A stretch of DNA of 63,464 nucleotides, counting the filler, from Reticulomyxa filosa (taxonomy: Eukaryota > Protista > Foraminifera), in assembly GCA_000512085.1 (NCBI GenBank). It is 18 parts of 18 records of this genome, joined end to end, with 100 filler letters (N's around TTAATTAATTAA, not from the genome) between each part and the next. Parts side by side here need not be neighbours in the genome. Positions count along the whole stretch, not along the records: positions 20,651 to 25,637 come from ASPP01000028.1; positions 25,738 to 27,443 come from ASPP01027412.1; positions 27,544 to 28,709 come from ASPP01011302.1; positions 28,810 to 34,268 come from ASPP01028770.1; positions 34,369 to 37,549 come from ASPP01026250.1; positions 37,650 to 42,132 come from ASPP01009119.1; 12 more parts are not named here. One strand, given 5' to 3'. Of this stretch, positions 25,593 through 38,802 are shown piece after piece. The notes below the pieces were generated by a model. The model saw only the letters and a program-made list of their open reading frames with translations, ran no database searches and was not told the origin of the DNA. Position numbers and translations under genes: made by a program. Position 1 is the stretch's first letter; each line of letters starts with the position of its first letter.

Positions 25593-27257
25593 CTATTGTG
25601 TGGCACCAAAAAACATATACATACTTTTTTTTTTAATNNNNNNNNNNNNNNNNNNNNNNNNNNNNNNNNNNNNNNNNNNNNTTAATTAATTAANNNNNNN
25701 NNNNNNNNNNNNNNNNNNNNNNNNNNNNNNNNNNNNNTAATGAGGCCATTGATATAGTTAATTTCCTTTATTTTTTTAAATATCGACTGATTTTTTGTGA
25801 GGACCCCTGGCAAAAAAAAAGTTTTCGTTTCATTTGCTTTCATAAACAGAAATTTGTTCATCTTTGCTAATACTACAAAGTTGGTACATTTCTTTTTTGT
25901 GTAGAAGAAAACATGTAAATATAGAGTGAGTAGAGTGGGTGTAAACAACAAATTATGCAACAATATACATACATAAAAATTAGACGTAACATGCTTAAAA
26001 CCAAATTGAAAGAAATGTATCGCGTGTTTAATTGAAGTCCTTTAAATCTATTTCCATCATATGAATTGATGGAACTTGTAAGTCCAAATTTACTTCTTCT
26101 GACAAACAAAATTCTTCATGATGACGTTGTTCGCTTGTTGTTCAAATATACATTGTTCATTATTCAAAATAATGCATTACTATTTTAATGCTTTTGAAAT
26201 AAAATTTTTGTGGGAAATACGGTTGCAATTTGTTCGTATCAGCAACATATGTTGATCATCTTTCACTTCTGGTACGAACGCGAATGTATAGTTAACGTAA
26301 TGTAGCGTCAGATTGCAAAACAACACATATACGTTTTCTACTTTTAAAATTGAGGGATATCTCATTGCGAAGTACAAACACGTTTTCTTACAATGTGCAA
26401 TTAATGCATTGAAGCTATCCATCTTTCTCTTATGTTTGTCTGAGAAATGCACAGAGGCTTTGCATAACTTTGTTTAATACTTGAAATTTTTGCAAAGTGT
26501 GCTGTGATTATCTTACAACAACGAACGCGCTACTTATCAAAGTGACAAACATAACTATTCAAGCTAAAATAAATCAATGAAAGGGTCAAATTGAACAGCC
26601 TTATGATTTTTTTTTGAAATGAACTTACTGTTTCTCACTTTTTGTTCTGCAAATTTGTGAGCTTGGTTGAATTTTAAAAAAGGAACGAAAAAAAAATGGA
26701 AAAATTTGCTTCAGATAATACTTTTGTTATGTAATTGCGGAAAAGAAAGTACAGTATTAACTGTACGCTATAGTGCAATTACAACAAAAAGTCAATTTTA
26801 GGATAATAGCTGCATGCATTTTAATTTTTCAAAAAAACTGTGCTTGATGAAGGATCTTTCATTTTTTTATTTTCAGAGAATATTATCCCATCTTTGCATA
26901 AATTTTTTTTCAATTTGCAGTAGACCTTGAAAAAAGAATAATTTTATTTGCATTCAAACATTCATCATTTTTTTTGGTTTTCAAAAGAAATTGAATTACA
27001 AATAGATAATCCCTTTTTTTTTTCTAAGTCTTTGAAATCAAAAAAAGAAAAACAAATTTTATCTTTTTGTAGCAAAAATCCACTCCAGAAAAGAATAAAT
27101 AAATAAATTGTGTGCAATGAAAGACAATTGACAACAATTGAAATAAAGGCAATGTTTAAAATAGACTTTCATAAAAAATATTTGTATTGATCACCTTACT
27201 TTTCTTCAATCAAACGTCTCAAAAAAAATTTCATTTCTTATTCGACAAAACAGCACA

Positions 27258-27443
27258 TTATCCCCAAATACGAATGCGACCATTATTTGAACCATAACAC
27301 AAATTCAAATCATATGTGACATTTTTTGTCTCCTTTTTCTTTTTCAATTCAATAAATTTAAGACAAATTATTCCCTTATCTTCTTTCTCATCTCCTTTAA
27401 TTATATACAATTCACTCTTATTTGATCGAATATCCCAAAAACG
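27258..27443 (-). pseudogene. C-terminus of a WD40 family gene with one frameshift
   Basis: RFWDIRSNKSELYIIKGD / EDKGIICLKFIELKKK..YDLNLCYGSNNGRIRIWG*. Confidence 0.75.
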
Positions 27444-27547
27444 NNNNNNNNNNNNNNNNNNNNNNNNNNNNNNNNNNNNNNNNNNNNTTAATTAATTAAN
27501 NNNNNNNNNNNNNNNNNNNNNNNNNNNNNNNNNNNNNNNNNNNTTTT

Positions 27548-27584
<37 letters not shown>

Positions 27585-27620
27585 TTGGGGTATTGGATTT
27601 GATATTTTTATGATTTAGCA

Positions 27621-28676
27621 CTAAACTGCAATGTCAATGCACTGAGCAAACATCTCCTTTCCCCTTCTTTTGAATCGACCAAAATAGAGCCATAACCACC
27701 TCCAAGAGTGAGGGAGATGCAAGAGTTGCTCACAATAATATTCAAACACATATTCTGCGACTGTCAGATCACCTGTGTCCAACTGAAGCAAGTCTTGAAC
27801 ATTTGCAATTTTTTTACCTTGTCGTTCTTCGTACAGCTCTCTCAGTTCGGCCATACGTGGCCATACACAGGATTGATTTCCCTAATTTTTATCCAAAACA
27901 ATGTTTCAATTCAACGACTGCACCCAAAAAAAATAAAAAAAATAAAAAAATGAACTGGTTTCAAATACAATAAATAGGCCAAATGCGGTGTAAACCAAAA
28001 TGGAAAGACGTCGGCACAATATTCTAAAACGGTGTCATATTGTTTTTGAAGACATAATTTGAATAGTCCATCGACAGACCCAGGATTTCCAAAACTAAAT
28101 CGTCGCAAGTTTTTTCTTTCAAGGAGCATTTCAAATGTGCGTCGATTTTCGTAAAAAGATGCATCATACAACATCACAGATAATACATAACACAGCCACA
28201 TATTTTGCTTGACACGCATCTCTTTGGGAGTATTTTCTGCAATATTGGCGCATATGTCTTTTAGTACTGACGAACGTCCAATAAGTATCGAAAAGAAGGG
28301 GTCAACATCATTCCTATGACTAGAGTCCAGTGTTTCAAATAAGTTTGCATTTCTTGTGCCATTTCTTCAAAGTATCAACAACATTTGCCGCAGTGGGTTG
28401 TTTGTCCCTTTTATTTATTTATTTTATTGCTTTGTTAGATAGTTGTGTACCCAAAAAAAAAAAAAAAAAAACATAAGCAAACATGGGTTGAGAAAACGGA
28501 AAATGATGAAATGCCGTGGCTAAAGCATTTAAAGTGGTTTTATCGTATTTGTTCCATGACTCAATTTCAGCATATGCCTTATCTAACTGTCCAATGAATA
28601 TCCATCTATAAGCTCTCACCAGTTCATTTGTCTCTCCCTCGAACAATGGACTTATTGCCAGCAATACCCACTCTCG

Positions 28677-28680
<4 letters not shown>
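27621..28680 (-). CDS. Nucleoporin Nup85-like, internal multi-exon fragment
   Basis: VLEYCADVFPFWFTPHLAYLL resembles Nup85 W.WFVAHLTDLL; VAEYVFEYYCEQLLHLPHSWRWLWLYF resembles [26 protein letters not shown]. Confidence 0.55.
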
Positions 28681-28709
<29 letters not shown>

Positions 28710-30249
28710 NNNNNNNNNNNNNNNNNNNNNNNNNNNNNNNNNNNNNNNNNNNNTTAATTAATTAANNNNNNNNNNNNNNNNNNNNNNNNNNNNNNNNNNN
28801 NNNNNNNNNAAATTAGATACTATTTGCTTTCTTTCATGCAAAGTGATTTTTGTTATGAAAAGTTCGAATTTTAAGTATCATCAAAAAGAAAAATCAAAAC
28901 AAATTACACCAATTACAATATCTTCAATAATTGAATTTGTTTTTTATTGATATTTTTTTTGCAGCTATTTGATAACATTTGATTGCAAGATATAATGCGT
29001 TATCTATTGTCCGCGGAATTATCCGAAACGGACTTGTTTATTTTCGGATTTTAAGTGGAAACATCTTTTGAATCCATCAGATGGATATGCGCATTACAAA
29101 AAGTCGAAGACTTTTGAAGTATTTTTTGTTTAGCTTTAATACAAAATATCGTGTTTGCAGAAAAATGCTGACAATGCAAAGAATATATGTCATGAAGGAT
29201 TTTTTTCTATCTTTGCGAAAATATTATTTGAAATAAAAGTATTTAGATAACAGTAAATTTTTTGTATATTGGACAAAGTATACAACTCAATTCTTTGTTT
29301 AAAGGATAACAAATATCCTTTTTTCTACAGATGATTTTATTGTATGATCCGTTTGTATTCATCTTCTTGCATGAATAAACATTATCTCAAAAAAGAGAAA
29401 AATTTATTTTAGAAAAATCTGTAATGTGATTAGAATTAATAAAATGTTTGATAATTACACAAGCAATTTTACTGAGCTAGTAGTCAATTGATTCTGAACG
29501 ATTTTACATCCACTTATTTGTCTTTCATTGTTTGCCGCAAATTCATAATGAATATAAGTTTTCTTATTATTTCAATAATTAAATTTATTTAAATTAGGTA
29601 AAAATTATCATTATTTAAATATGTAGTACTACGCTCGAAAATAAACACATGAATAACACGTTTTTAAAATTCTTTTATTCAACAGTTTTTATTTTTTCTT
29701 TTGTTTTAAACAGAATTTTTTTATTATGTGTAAGATATCTGTATATATAAAACAAATCGAAACAATCTTTATTTGTGTGTCATTCCAACAATTACTGCTA
29801 ACATTAAATAAAAAATCGTCCAAATAAACTTTTTTTTTTTCCTTCAATGAAATAGTTCAAATGCAAATCTGATATTATCAAACTTGCATTTTCATCAGCA
29901 TTAATGTTTTTACATTAAAATCTATTTATTCCAAATAAATAAGCATATGTTCAAAAAGACGCACATTCAAGACACACTTCTTAAGAACCATACATTTTTT
30001 TTAATTCAACTAATTTAAAAAAACCAAGTTTTAAAAGAGACTGCGAAATTTGTTATAAAAACTTGCATTTGAAAATATCGACAAAGATGTTCCTTTTTTC
30101 TTTTTTTTTTTTTAGCTTAAGCTAGAATTGGAGAGGCAAATCGAAATACAAATAGACAGAATTTGTTAACATTCCACAAAATATCAATCAAATGAAACAC
30201 AACATGTACGCATATATAAGATCACAACTAATTCAAAATTTTTTTAAAA

Positions 30250-33200
30250 AAATGGTGACGTAGTCTCAGTGCCACCAAAGTAAAGCAAGAACTGGTAAGA
30301 CGGTCCATTCCTTGAAATGAAGTTATAAGAGCAAGGTTTGATGTTTGTCATACCAAATGATGTAAGTGCAGTTGAACTTATTCTGAGTGACCTCAAAAAT
30401 GTATTGCATCAGTGCATATGAAGGTATTTGTCCAGAGATATTCTTTCATCCGTATACGTAGATGGCTATCATATCACTTTGATTTACGTATACTTGCAGA
30501 TCAGTGGAGAGACGTACTACGCCATCTGAGAATACATGACCGGAATAAAGCCTTGCGAAAACTCAAACAACTTATTTGTGTTCGAGCGTGCTATGTGTTA
30601 ATGCCGCAAGGATAACTTAATGTGTTGCTGTGGAACACTACGCAATATGTGAGTGTGGTCGCATTCGTCAATTCTTTCAGTCCATTCTCTACTAACAACT
30701 CCTCGTCGTGTGCGTCCGTGTTGTATCCGTTTGCTGGCATCGTCACACACACACACATACATACAGTCTTCCGTCGGACAGTTTTACACTTGATTGCACC
30801 CAATGCAAGGATCATTCGACGGACATCCGTTCATGGTGCCAGTCGTTACTAATACCATCCACACAACCAAAGTGCTACAACACAATGGCACACTTTTTTT
30901 CATCATCTTCTTTTTGTTGGATATTCAATAGCTGTCCGTACTTTAAAAGAGCATTGATTACAACATCAAAAAAGTACTTTATGTTCCCTTGGCCAATCAA
31001 TGAGGTCATTATGTATTCGAGATTTCTTTTTTGGCCAAAAAGGATTCAATCCTTTTGATTGAATAGTGGATTATCTTCCGATTCACTGGAAATCGAAAGC
31101 TGATTTCTGATTGACACTGTTTGCCTCGTGAAGTGGCACCGAAGCTTAGGCCTTCTCGCATTACTTGTACTTTCAAACCTTTATTAGTCATCTTTGCTAA
31201 ATCTATCTTCACAAAGCTGTTCTTTTTATCTTGGATCCATAAAAAATTCAGAATCAATGGTTTGCTCTTGCCGTTCTTCCCTTTTTTTCATCGTTCTAGC
31301 TTTCCTAAAAAAAAATTCTTTAGAATCACAAAAAAGGATACGAATACGGATTATCATGCAAAAATGTAAAAAAAATTTGAATTGCTTTTTAATTCTGAAA
31401 AATTGCACTTTTTAATAAAGTATTAAAAACATTGTAATTTTTATTTAGAAAAACTCTAGTTTTGAAAAAAAAAAAAAATTTACCTGATTTAAAAGTTCCC
31501 TTTGAAATTTCTGACCATGTCCCTTTATCCACAAAAAACACGATCCCATCAAAATTTGGAACTAGTTATGGTCGTTGTAAAAAAATTAATCAACGAAGTG
31601 ATTGCATCAGTACCTTGTTGTAGTGTTTACAAAAGTGCATTACCCATACTGCTATCGTGTGAAAAGTCTATGAAAGATCTTCGATTTTGAATTGGACAAA
31701 GACTTATCATCGTCCAGTATCTGAACTGCGATTAACTGTCCCTTGAGTGTTCATTGGCAAGTCTTCCATCAGAGGGATGCAACGATGCATATAAACTTAA
31801 TTACAACAATAAGTTATCAGTACTGATTGACCAGTTGATATTTTTTACATAGGTTCCTCCGTCCACAAATGATTGTTACATTATATACTCCATCCATTCA
31901 CGCAAAAGAAAAAAAAGAATAATGTGTTGAAACTACTCCCGTTCCTCAAAGAGGAATAACTGTATGTAATTTTATATTTATTTGCATAAATTTGAGTATC
32001 ATGCTGTTGTATTTGTGTTTGTGGTTTAATAGGTTCACCATTCAAGAAAAAAAATATATATGTGTACGTATCTGTATATTATTTGTCTCATCCTAAAACA
32101 AAAAAGTTTGTAAGTGTTTTTACAGTAGAAAAAAGAAACAAAAATTGGAGATTGAATTAAACTTCTCATAGTTATAAATATATTTTGTATTATATAAAAA
32201 CTTATAAAATAACTTTGCTTGTTTGTGTCAATATAGGTTCGGCGCAAAATGGATTGTTATTTATTTTTAAAAGGGGGTGGGGTAATTGAATAATATGGAT
32301 ATAGGAAAAAAATGTCGTTTTTATTTTTACAACAACTAGATTACGTAAATTCCACATGAGGTGCAGGTGGTGGAATTCGCAGATGAAGAAGAACAAAAAG
32401 AAGACACGTATAAAAATATTATCTTGGAGAGAATGAGATTATTACAAAAACTCGACTTGCACAACAATATACAGAAAATTAATGTAGTGACTCTTCCATG
32501 ATAATTGTATCGACAACAGCGAATAATATCAATTGAAAAGACACATAAAGAGATTGGATCAAGAAATAATATTGGTTCGTCCACAGTATTGGGAGTACCA
32601 TTTCCACTCATTCAAAAACAAATTGATGGATCTTTTCCAAGGCAACATGAGTCAAGCAAGTAATTGCCAGCCTTATCACAATACACAAACTCTCAATATC
32701 ATATCTCGTCCTTGTATTAATACTTGCGTTCTCAAGGGTCACTTCGTTTTACCAAATACAACAATCCCGCTATTGTGGACATGAACACGACCCCATTATT
32801 CAGTGTCTTGCTTTGGTTCATGTCCAGAAACAGATTAACGTCTTAACACATTAAGCAATGATTAAATCATTGTATTAAATGTAAATAAGAACAAGGTCAC
32901 GAATACTGCCTTTTAATCGGCTGCCATTTCCATTGTCATTGCCATTGGCTCCGTTTCGTCATTGGCGCTTGAGATGACGCTGATATCATGGATCACAGCT
33001 GTAGCACGTATCTGCTCTTTCTTCTTCTTCGATTTGCATTGGATGCTGCCAAAGACACTTTCAATCGAGTCTCAATGATGGCGATGATGATACAATGAAT
33101 TGTTGTTGCACCAGTCGAAGCAAAGCAAATACACTTAACACGGACTCGGAATACGGAAATGAAAAACAACACTACAACAATAAACAAAATTGTGCAATGC
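30250..33200. pseudogene. Mosaic of heavily degraded coding-like fragments, unassigned
   Basis: Patches of raised GC with short broken frames on both strands; no intact ORF longer than ~120 aa. Confidence 0.35.
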
Positions 33201-33249
33201 TATTCGTCCAATTTCCTCGCCAATGAAACATTCCATAACAAAAACAGAT

Positions 33250-33575
33250 TGACCCATCGTTATTTGTTTTTTTCTTTTTAGTCTCATTTTGTGATCTGTT
33301 GCTATAACTGTGATTGAATGTGTTCACCCTAATTATTGTTGATGTCTTTCAATAGAATTGTTTTTTGGATATTCTTTATTTTCATCAGACATTTGAATCA
33401 GTTGATTGAAATAAACGACTCAAATATAGTTGAATCAACTTTCTTGCAATCTTCTGTTGAATATTCACCATTTGTAATAAAGAATAACATTGATGTTGTT
33501 GGTGATATGTTCTGCATCACTTAACACAATTCATTTTTGGGATATTCGATCAAATAAGAATCAATTACCTTTTTT
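33250..33575 (+). pseudogene. WD40 family pseudogene remnant
   Basis: VEYSPFVIKNNI and IHFWDIRSNKNQL in different frames, with stops. Confidence 0.7.
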
Positions 33576-34095
33576 GAAATTTGTTTGTGAGTATTTCTCA
33601 ATGACAATAAATTTGTAGAATGAATAAATAAAATGTAGAATTTCTTTTTTAAACATCATTCTCTATTTTAAAAATTTTTTCTTTTTAAATGATAAAAAAA
33701 GGTTTCGTGCTATTCAAATCTCTATCTCTTTGATTTTCACATATTTCACAACGATTTAAAATGGTTCAAACACGTTCAATATTTTAATACTAAACATGAA
33801 TTGGATCACATTTAGACGTGGAGGCTAGATTCACTTTCAAAAAAGGGATATGCATTTGGTTTGATTTATTTTGGAATCAATAAATCTCATTCCAAAAAAA
33901 AAGATCAATCTTAACATTTGATACAATGAATGAAATTACCTTTTTAAAGTAAACATTCTCAAATAGTTTGTCAAATAAACAAAAACAAACTAACAAAATT
34001 TTGAAATGAAATAATTCCAAACATATCATTGCTTCAATAAAAATAAATCAATCACAATTCATTCCTTTCCTAATGTCATTACATTCAATACATTT

Positions 34096-34268
34096 TCACC
34101 TCACTCTCAAACAATCTTCACCCGGAGGTACTGTTTCAAAAAACAATTTAACATCTTCTTCATTCAAATACCACACTGCTAGACTTTCCTTGTCTTGTTC
34201 AAATCGTATCTGTATCTTCCATTTGTTTAATTCATCTTCAATACTCTTCTTTTTTGGAGATTCATAAT
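34096..34268 (-). CDS. 3' end of an unknown gene
   Basis: Open from the contig edge: YESPKKKSIEDELNKWKIQIRFEQDKESLAVWYLNEEDVKLFFETVPPGEDCLRVR*. Confidence 0.45.
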
Positions 34269-34819
34269 NNNNNNNNNNNNNNNNNNNNNNNNNNNNNNNN
34301 NNNNNNNNNNNNTTAATTAATTAANNNNNNNNNNNNNNNNNNNNNNNNNNNNNNNNNNNNNNNNNNNNGCTTCCGTTTCGTTGATAATTAAGAGGAAAGT
34401 ATGGATCATTCTCAATGCAGAAAATGAAAAAGAATTTTCTCATAAAACAAAGTTACTCCTTTTTTTAGATTTAGATCAATTTTTTATTCAATGTGTTTGT
34501 AATCGGACATTTTAGAGTTGCAAATTAAAATTTTTTGTTTGTAAATAATGTAGTTTTTATTTTGGAATAAATCTATGAAAGTTTTTTGATTTGAGTAACC
34601 TTCTAAAAGAAGCTTTAATGAAAAATGATCTTGAAATAGTCCATCCTGCACACTAACAAAAAATGTGTATCTGCTTTTTTACTTTGAAAAATTCAATGTT
34701 AATATTACTTGAAGATCTTCTATATACTAATAATAGAATTTAATTTTTTTGATATCTTGTTTTTATTTACTATTGTGTGCAATTTCTCCACTTGTAATTT
34801 ATTTTTTTTGCATAATCTA

Positions 34820-34985
34820 TACATTGTCCAAGCACTATTAGTAAACCAATCTGATTAAATTGGGACATGATCATCCTGACGTTGTTACTTCCTACAACAA
34901 TTTAGAGCTTGTTTGTTACAAGAAAGGAGAATACGATAAAGCAATAGAATATTATGAAAAAATTTTGGAACTATTTTGAATATGG
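34820..34985 (+). pseudogene. TPR (kinesin-light-chain type) pseudogene remnant
   Basis: LGHDHPDVVTSYNNLELVCYKKGEYDKAIEYYEKILELF* is a single isolated TPR repeat flanked by stops. Confidence 0.8.
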
Positions 34986-35402
34986 AATGTTATTTTAATG
35001 TCTTCAAAAAAGAAAGAGAATATACGATTTTCTTTGTTCTTTCTGGAAGAAAAAGTAATTTCATGAAAAGCAAAAATAAATGTTTGGTTGTTTTTTTTGG
35101 ACTTCACAAAGACAGAAATAAACAATACAGAAACAAAAATAAGCATAACTCGTTTCAATTTGAAATTTGAAACTTCAAATTAATAAATGCAATTGCAATA
35201 ACAATAACTAGTTCATCATTATTTTGTTCAAGTATCTTTCGAATACGTACTGTTTCATCTTACCTTGAATTACAGGATAAATAATTTGCAAATTTCAAGC
35301 GTGTGACATTCTTTTGTGCAAGTGATCCCATATTAAGGGGGGAAGAGGGGCAGGGGAAAAAATAATAATAATAAAAAATAGGAAGGAAAAAAAACAAAGT
35401 AG

Positions 35403-37245
35403 ATGAAAGTGAATGTAAATGTGATAGATGATAAAGGAAAACATGTCAAAGCTTTTCTATTTCATGCTGACATTAGCCTAAGCGTAGTCAAAGTAATTGT
35501 GTTTGTCTTGTCAGAGGAAAGTAGACTTTAAACGAAGGAGACGACATAGCAACAACAGTAAAACAATAATAACTCTTCAAAAAGAAAGAGACACTGGAGT
35601 GGTTAGCGAAAGTGGAATGGAGCGTGTCAACAGGATTGTGTTTATTTATGAACATGGATAGCGGTTATTTATTCGCCGACACGTTGACAATTAAGGAAGC
35701 ATGGAGTGTAGTAGCTAACAAAAGAGTGCATAGTGAATCCCCAGAGGAAAGTGACCCGTTAGAATTAATGTTGGTGCAATTGATTGTCCCATTGACCGCC
35801 AAAGCAAGTTTGTTTTGTTTTTTTTTTTTTTTAAATTTCCAAAAAAAAAAAAAAAAAAAAAGATTTGAAAAAGAATGTTTCGGGAACTGGGTGCCAGAAA
35901 TGAAGAGAATGTCAACGTGCGAAGAAAAAGAGCGCAAAGAGGGAGTGAACGAAACGGAGCACAAATCAAACGAAGCAAAATCGCAACAACAACAGCAACA
36001 GCAACAGCAACAGCAACCGCAGCCATTGGAACGAGAAGAGCCGAACATGGAGCTCGTCCAACAGATAGATAACAATGAAACCACAAACGCGGGTTCGATG
36101 TCGTCACTTGCAATAGCAAGCGCAACACACGAGAGCGGAACATGGTCGCACGACCATGTCTTCCCGTCGCTCCAAAATGTCTTGACTCACTCTGCACAAC
36201 TCGAACAAGAGCTGCAAGACAAACAGCAAGAACTCGTCAAGGCAAAGAGGATGCTCAAAGAGTATCAGAACCTCATGAACTCCTTGATTCTCAAATTAGA
36301 GTTTCGACACTTTACTCTTTTGTTACTGTGTCTATTGTTCCAATCACTCTTTTATATGTATACGTATATATTTGTGGTATATGCATATGTAACATTTTTC
36401 TTATGTATGTATTCCTTTTGCTACATACCTCATTTCAATCACACAACTTTTTTTTTTTTTTTTTTTTTAAAAAAAAGCGACACAATCAAATTAAGCTCGC
36501 AGAAAAAAACGAAAGAGACCGAGGAGAAAACAGACGAGCGAGTAACCCTTGTGCAATCCAAAATCACAAACGAGTTACAAAGGGCACTTCCAACAATGAT
36601 CACTTACATTGAAGCTATGTTTCGTCTTTTGTTTATTTTGTTCGTTGTCTTATTATATATTGTATGTATATATGTATATGTATGTATATGTATGTATATA
36701 TTGTATATATATATACATATATACATATATACATATATATGTATATATGTATATATGTATATATGTATGTATATATGCTTATGCGTACATTGATCTATCA
36801 AATCATTTCCACGTAAAATATAAATGCTGCAACTTTGTTTGTAGGACTCGCCGTTTTGGTGGAACCAACTGTTGGGCTGCGAAACGCGCATCCAAGTACT
36901 TGCGAAGCGATTGGCCAATGTGTGCGATCTGGTGCTCGGCTTTTGTGACGTGTGCAATGCGTTCAGCGACAACTGCGACCGAATTTACCGCGCAGTGAAG
37001 CAGTCTTGGGAGGACGCCGAAAACGAATATGCTATGGACATTTTGTCTTTAAACGCTCAGATGAATGAATTTGCACAGCAATTCTTAGACATGTCATCAG
37101 CATCACGTCAACTGGGTGCCACGGTTAATATACACCAATACATACATGCATGTACATATATATGTACATATATGTATATATATATGTATATATATTTTGC
37201 CAATTTGTTTTGTGACATTGAATCCGAATGGAAAATGTTGGAATT

Positions 37246-37276
<31 letters not shown>

Positions 37277-37473
37277 ATGGATAAAGATAAACACAGGATT
37301 GATAGCGCCCATTCGGGAATTTACGAAAAAGCACGTGAGTGCAGTGCATGCCTCATCGAAGGAACTGGACGGATTGAACGTGCAGTATGAATCGCTGCTG
37401 AAGCAAATTTTGCATACGCCTCAAGCCTTGGTGGAACAGTCCCAATCGACCCCAAAGAAACGAAGCCTTTTAT
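35403..37473 (+). CDS. BAR-domain protein (ACAP/oligophrenin/SIP3-type BAR), multi-exon, 3'-truncated, with poly-Q
   Basis: Exon DSPFWWNQLLGCETRIQVLAKRL resembles the DSP.FR..L...E BAR start; a later exon GLIAPIREFTKKHVSAVHASSKELDGLNVQYESLL resembles the BAR helix 2-3 pattern; introns filled with TA/TG microsatellite. Confidence 0.7.
36655..36790. repeat. Intronic (TA/TG/CA)n microsatellite; similar tracts at 23509-23570, 37140-37195, 37249-37276, 39570-39625
   Basis: Alternating purine-pyrimidine tract directly visible. Confidence 0.9.
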
Positions 37474-37659
37474 GTTAGTTTGAGACCAAACCAACCAATT
37501 CAAATTCAACATTGCAATGCTGCAATATTGTGTGTGTGTGTGTGTGTGTNNNNNNNNNNNNNNNNNNNNNNNNNNNNNNNNNNNNNNNNNNNNTTAATTA
37601 ATTAANNNNNNNNNNNNNNNNNNNNNNNNNNNNNNNNNNNNNNNNNNNNAATAATAATA

Positions 37660-38139
37660 AACTTCTTCAGTGGATAATTTTTCGCCAGTATTTTGCAAAA
37701 GATTTCTTAAGTATCTTTTGAGAACTTTTCCTTCGCTATCTTTCAAATTTTCAAACGCTTTCCTAATTTCGTTGTTCAAATTGTCAGGTTTTCTTTTCTC
37801 GACAACACGTAACAACAAATCGTAAAACATGGGATAGTTCACTGCCAACAAGTCGTTTTCACTATCGATTGTGTTGCTGTGTTGATTTATTTCATTGGCG
37901 TTCTCTTTCTCGTTTTCGTTGTCTTTCTCTTTTGCGTTTTCATCGTTTTCGTTACTTGGAAACATTATCTGTTTTATTTGTGCTGCTGTCACCGGCAAAC
38001 CTAATGCTCGCACTGCTGCTAATATGTGGTCCTTTGCTATCTCAGTTCCATTCGATGCAAAAAACGCGAATGCTTCTTTGATCTGCTGCTCCGTTGCGGG
38101 CTTCACACAATCATTTATTCCATATTCCAAAGACCCCAT
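37660..38139 (-). CDS. Calmodulin/centrin-like EF-hand protein with degenerate loops and an N/E-rich insert, 3'-truncated
   Basis: QQIKEAFAFF, AVRALGLPVT, EIRKAFENL, LRNLLQNTGEKLSTEEV. Confidence 0.8.
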
Positions 38140-38802
38140 TATGCGATTTATATTGTTTCATGTTCAGTACACACAACCGTGTTACGTGGTCAAATCGAAA
38201 CAGCATGTTTTTTCTCTGTCTTTTTGTTTTGGACGGTCATTACCTTAAAACGTGCGCTCTGGGACATTTGTTCTAGCAATGCAAAAAATCGATTCAAAAA
38301 AAGTTTATACACAATATTAATTATTTTATTTCTGGCCCCTTTTTTTTTGAAAGAAAAAACAGGGTGTATGACTGAACAGCGTCGATTCACATTGTTTTTT
38401 TTGAATTCTCTAATTTGAGTTAGAAGCAAGAAAGGTAAATATAAAACGATACAATAAGAACAATGCAGAATGTTTTGAAAAGATTTCTCGTGATAATTTG
38501 AATGTTTTGATAAAGGAGAGAGAGGAAAGGACAAGGGGAAAAAAAAAAAAAAAAGGGGAGCTGACAATTTCATGTTTTATTGTTGCTGTTGTTTGTTGCT
38601 TTTAAAAAAAATTTGAAAACACAAATCAACTCAAGGTCACATTGCTGTTGTTGTAGCAGTGGACTAAAAAAAATTCCTGATTAATTTTTTTTTTTGGTGC
38701 CAGTGATACTGTCCGATTTGATGAAGAGCGAGGAAGAAACAAATAACATATGTGCGTGTGTATGTATATGCTTAAAATATATAAAGATGTGAGGTATTGG
38801 TA

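Noticed and set aside
31500-32800. Trypsin-like protease pseudogene
   Set aside because: Catalytic motifs are not recoverable; too degraded to assign.
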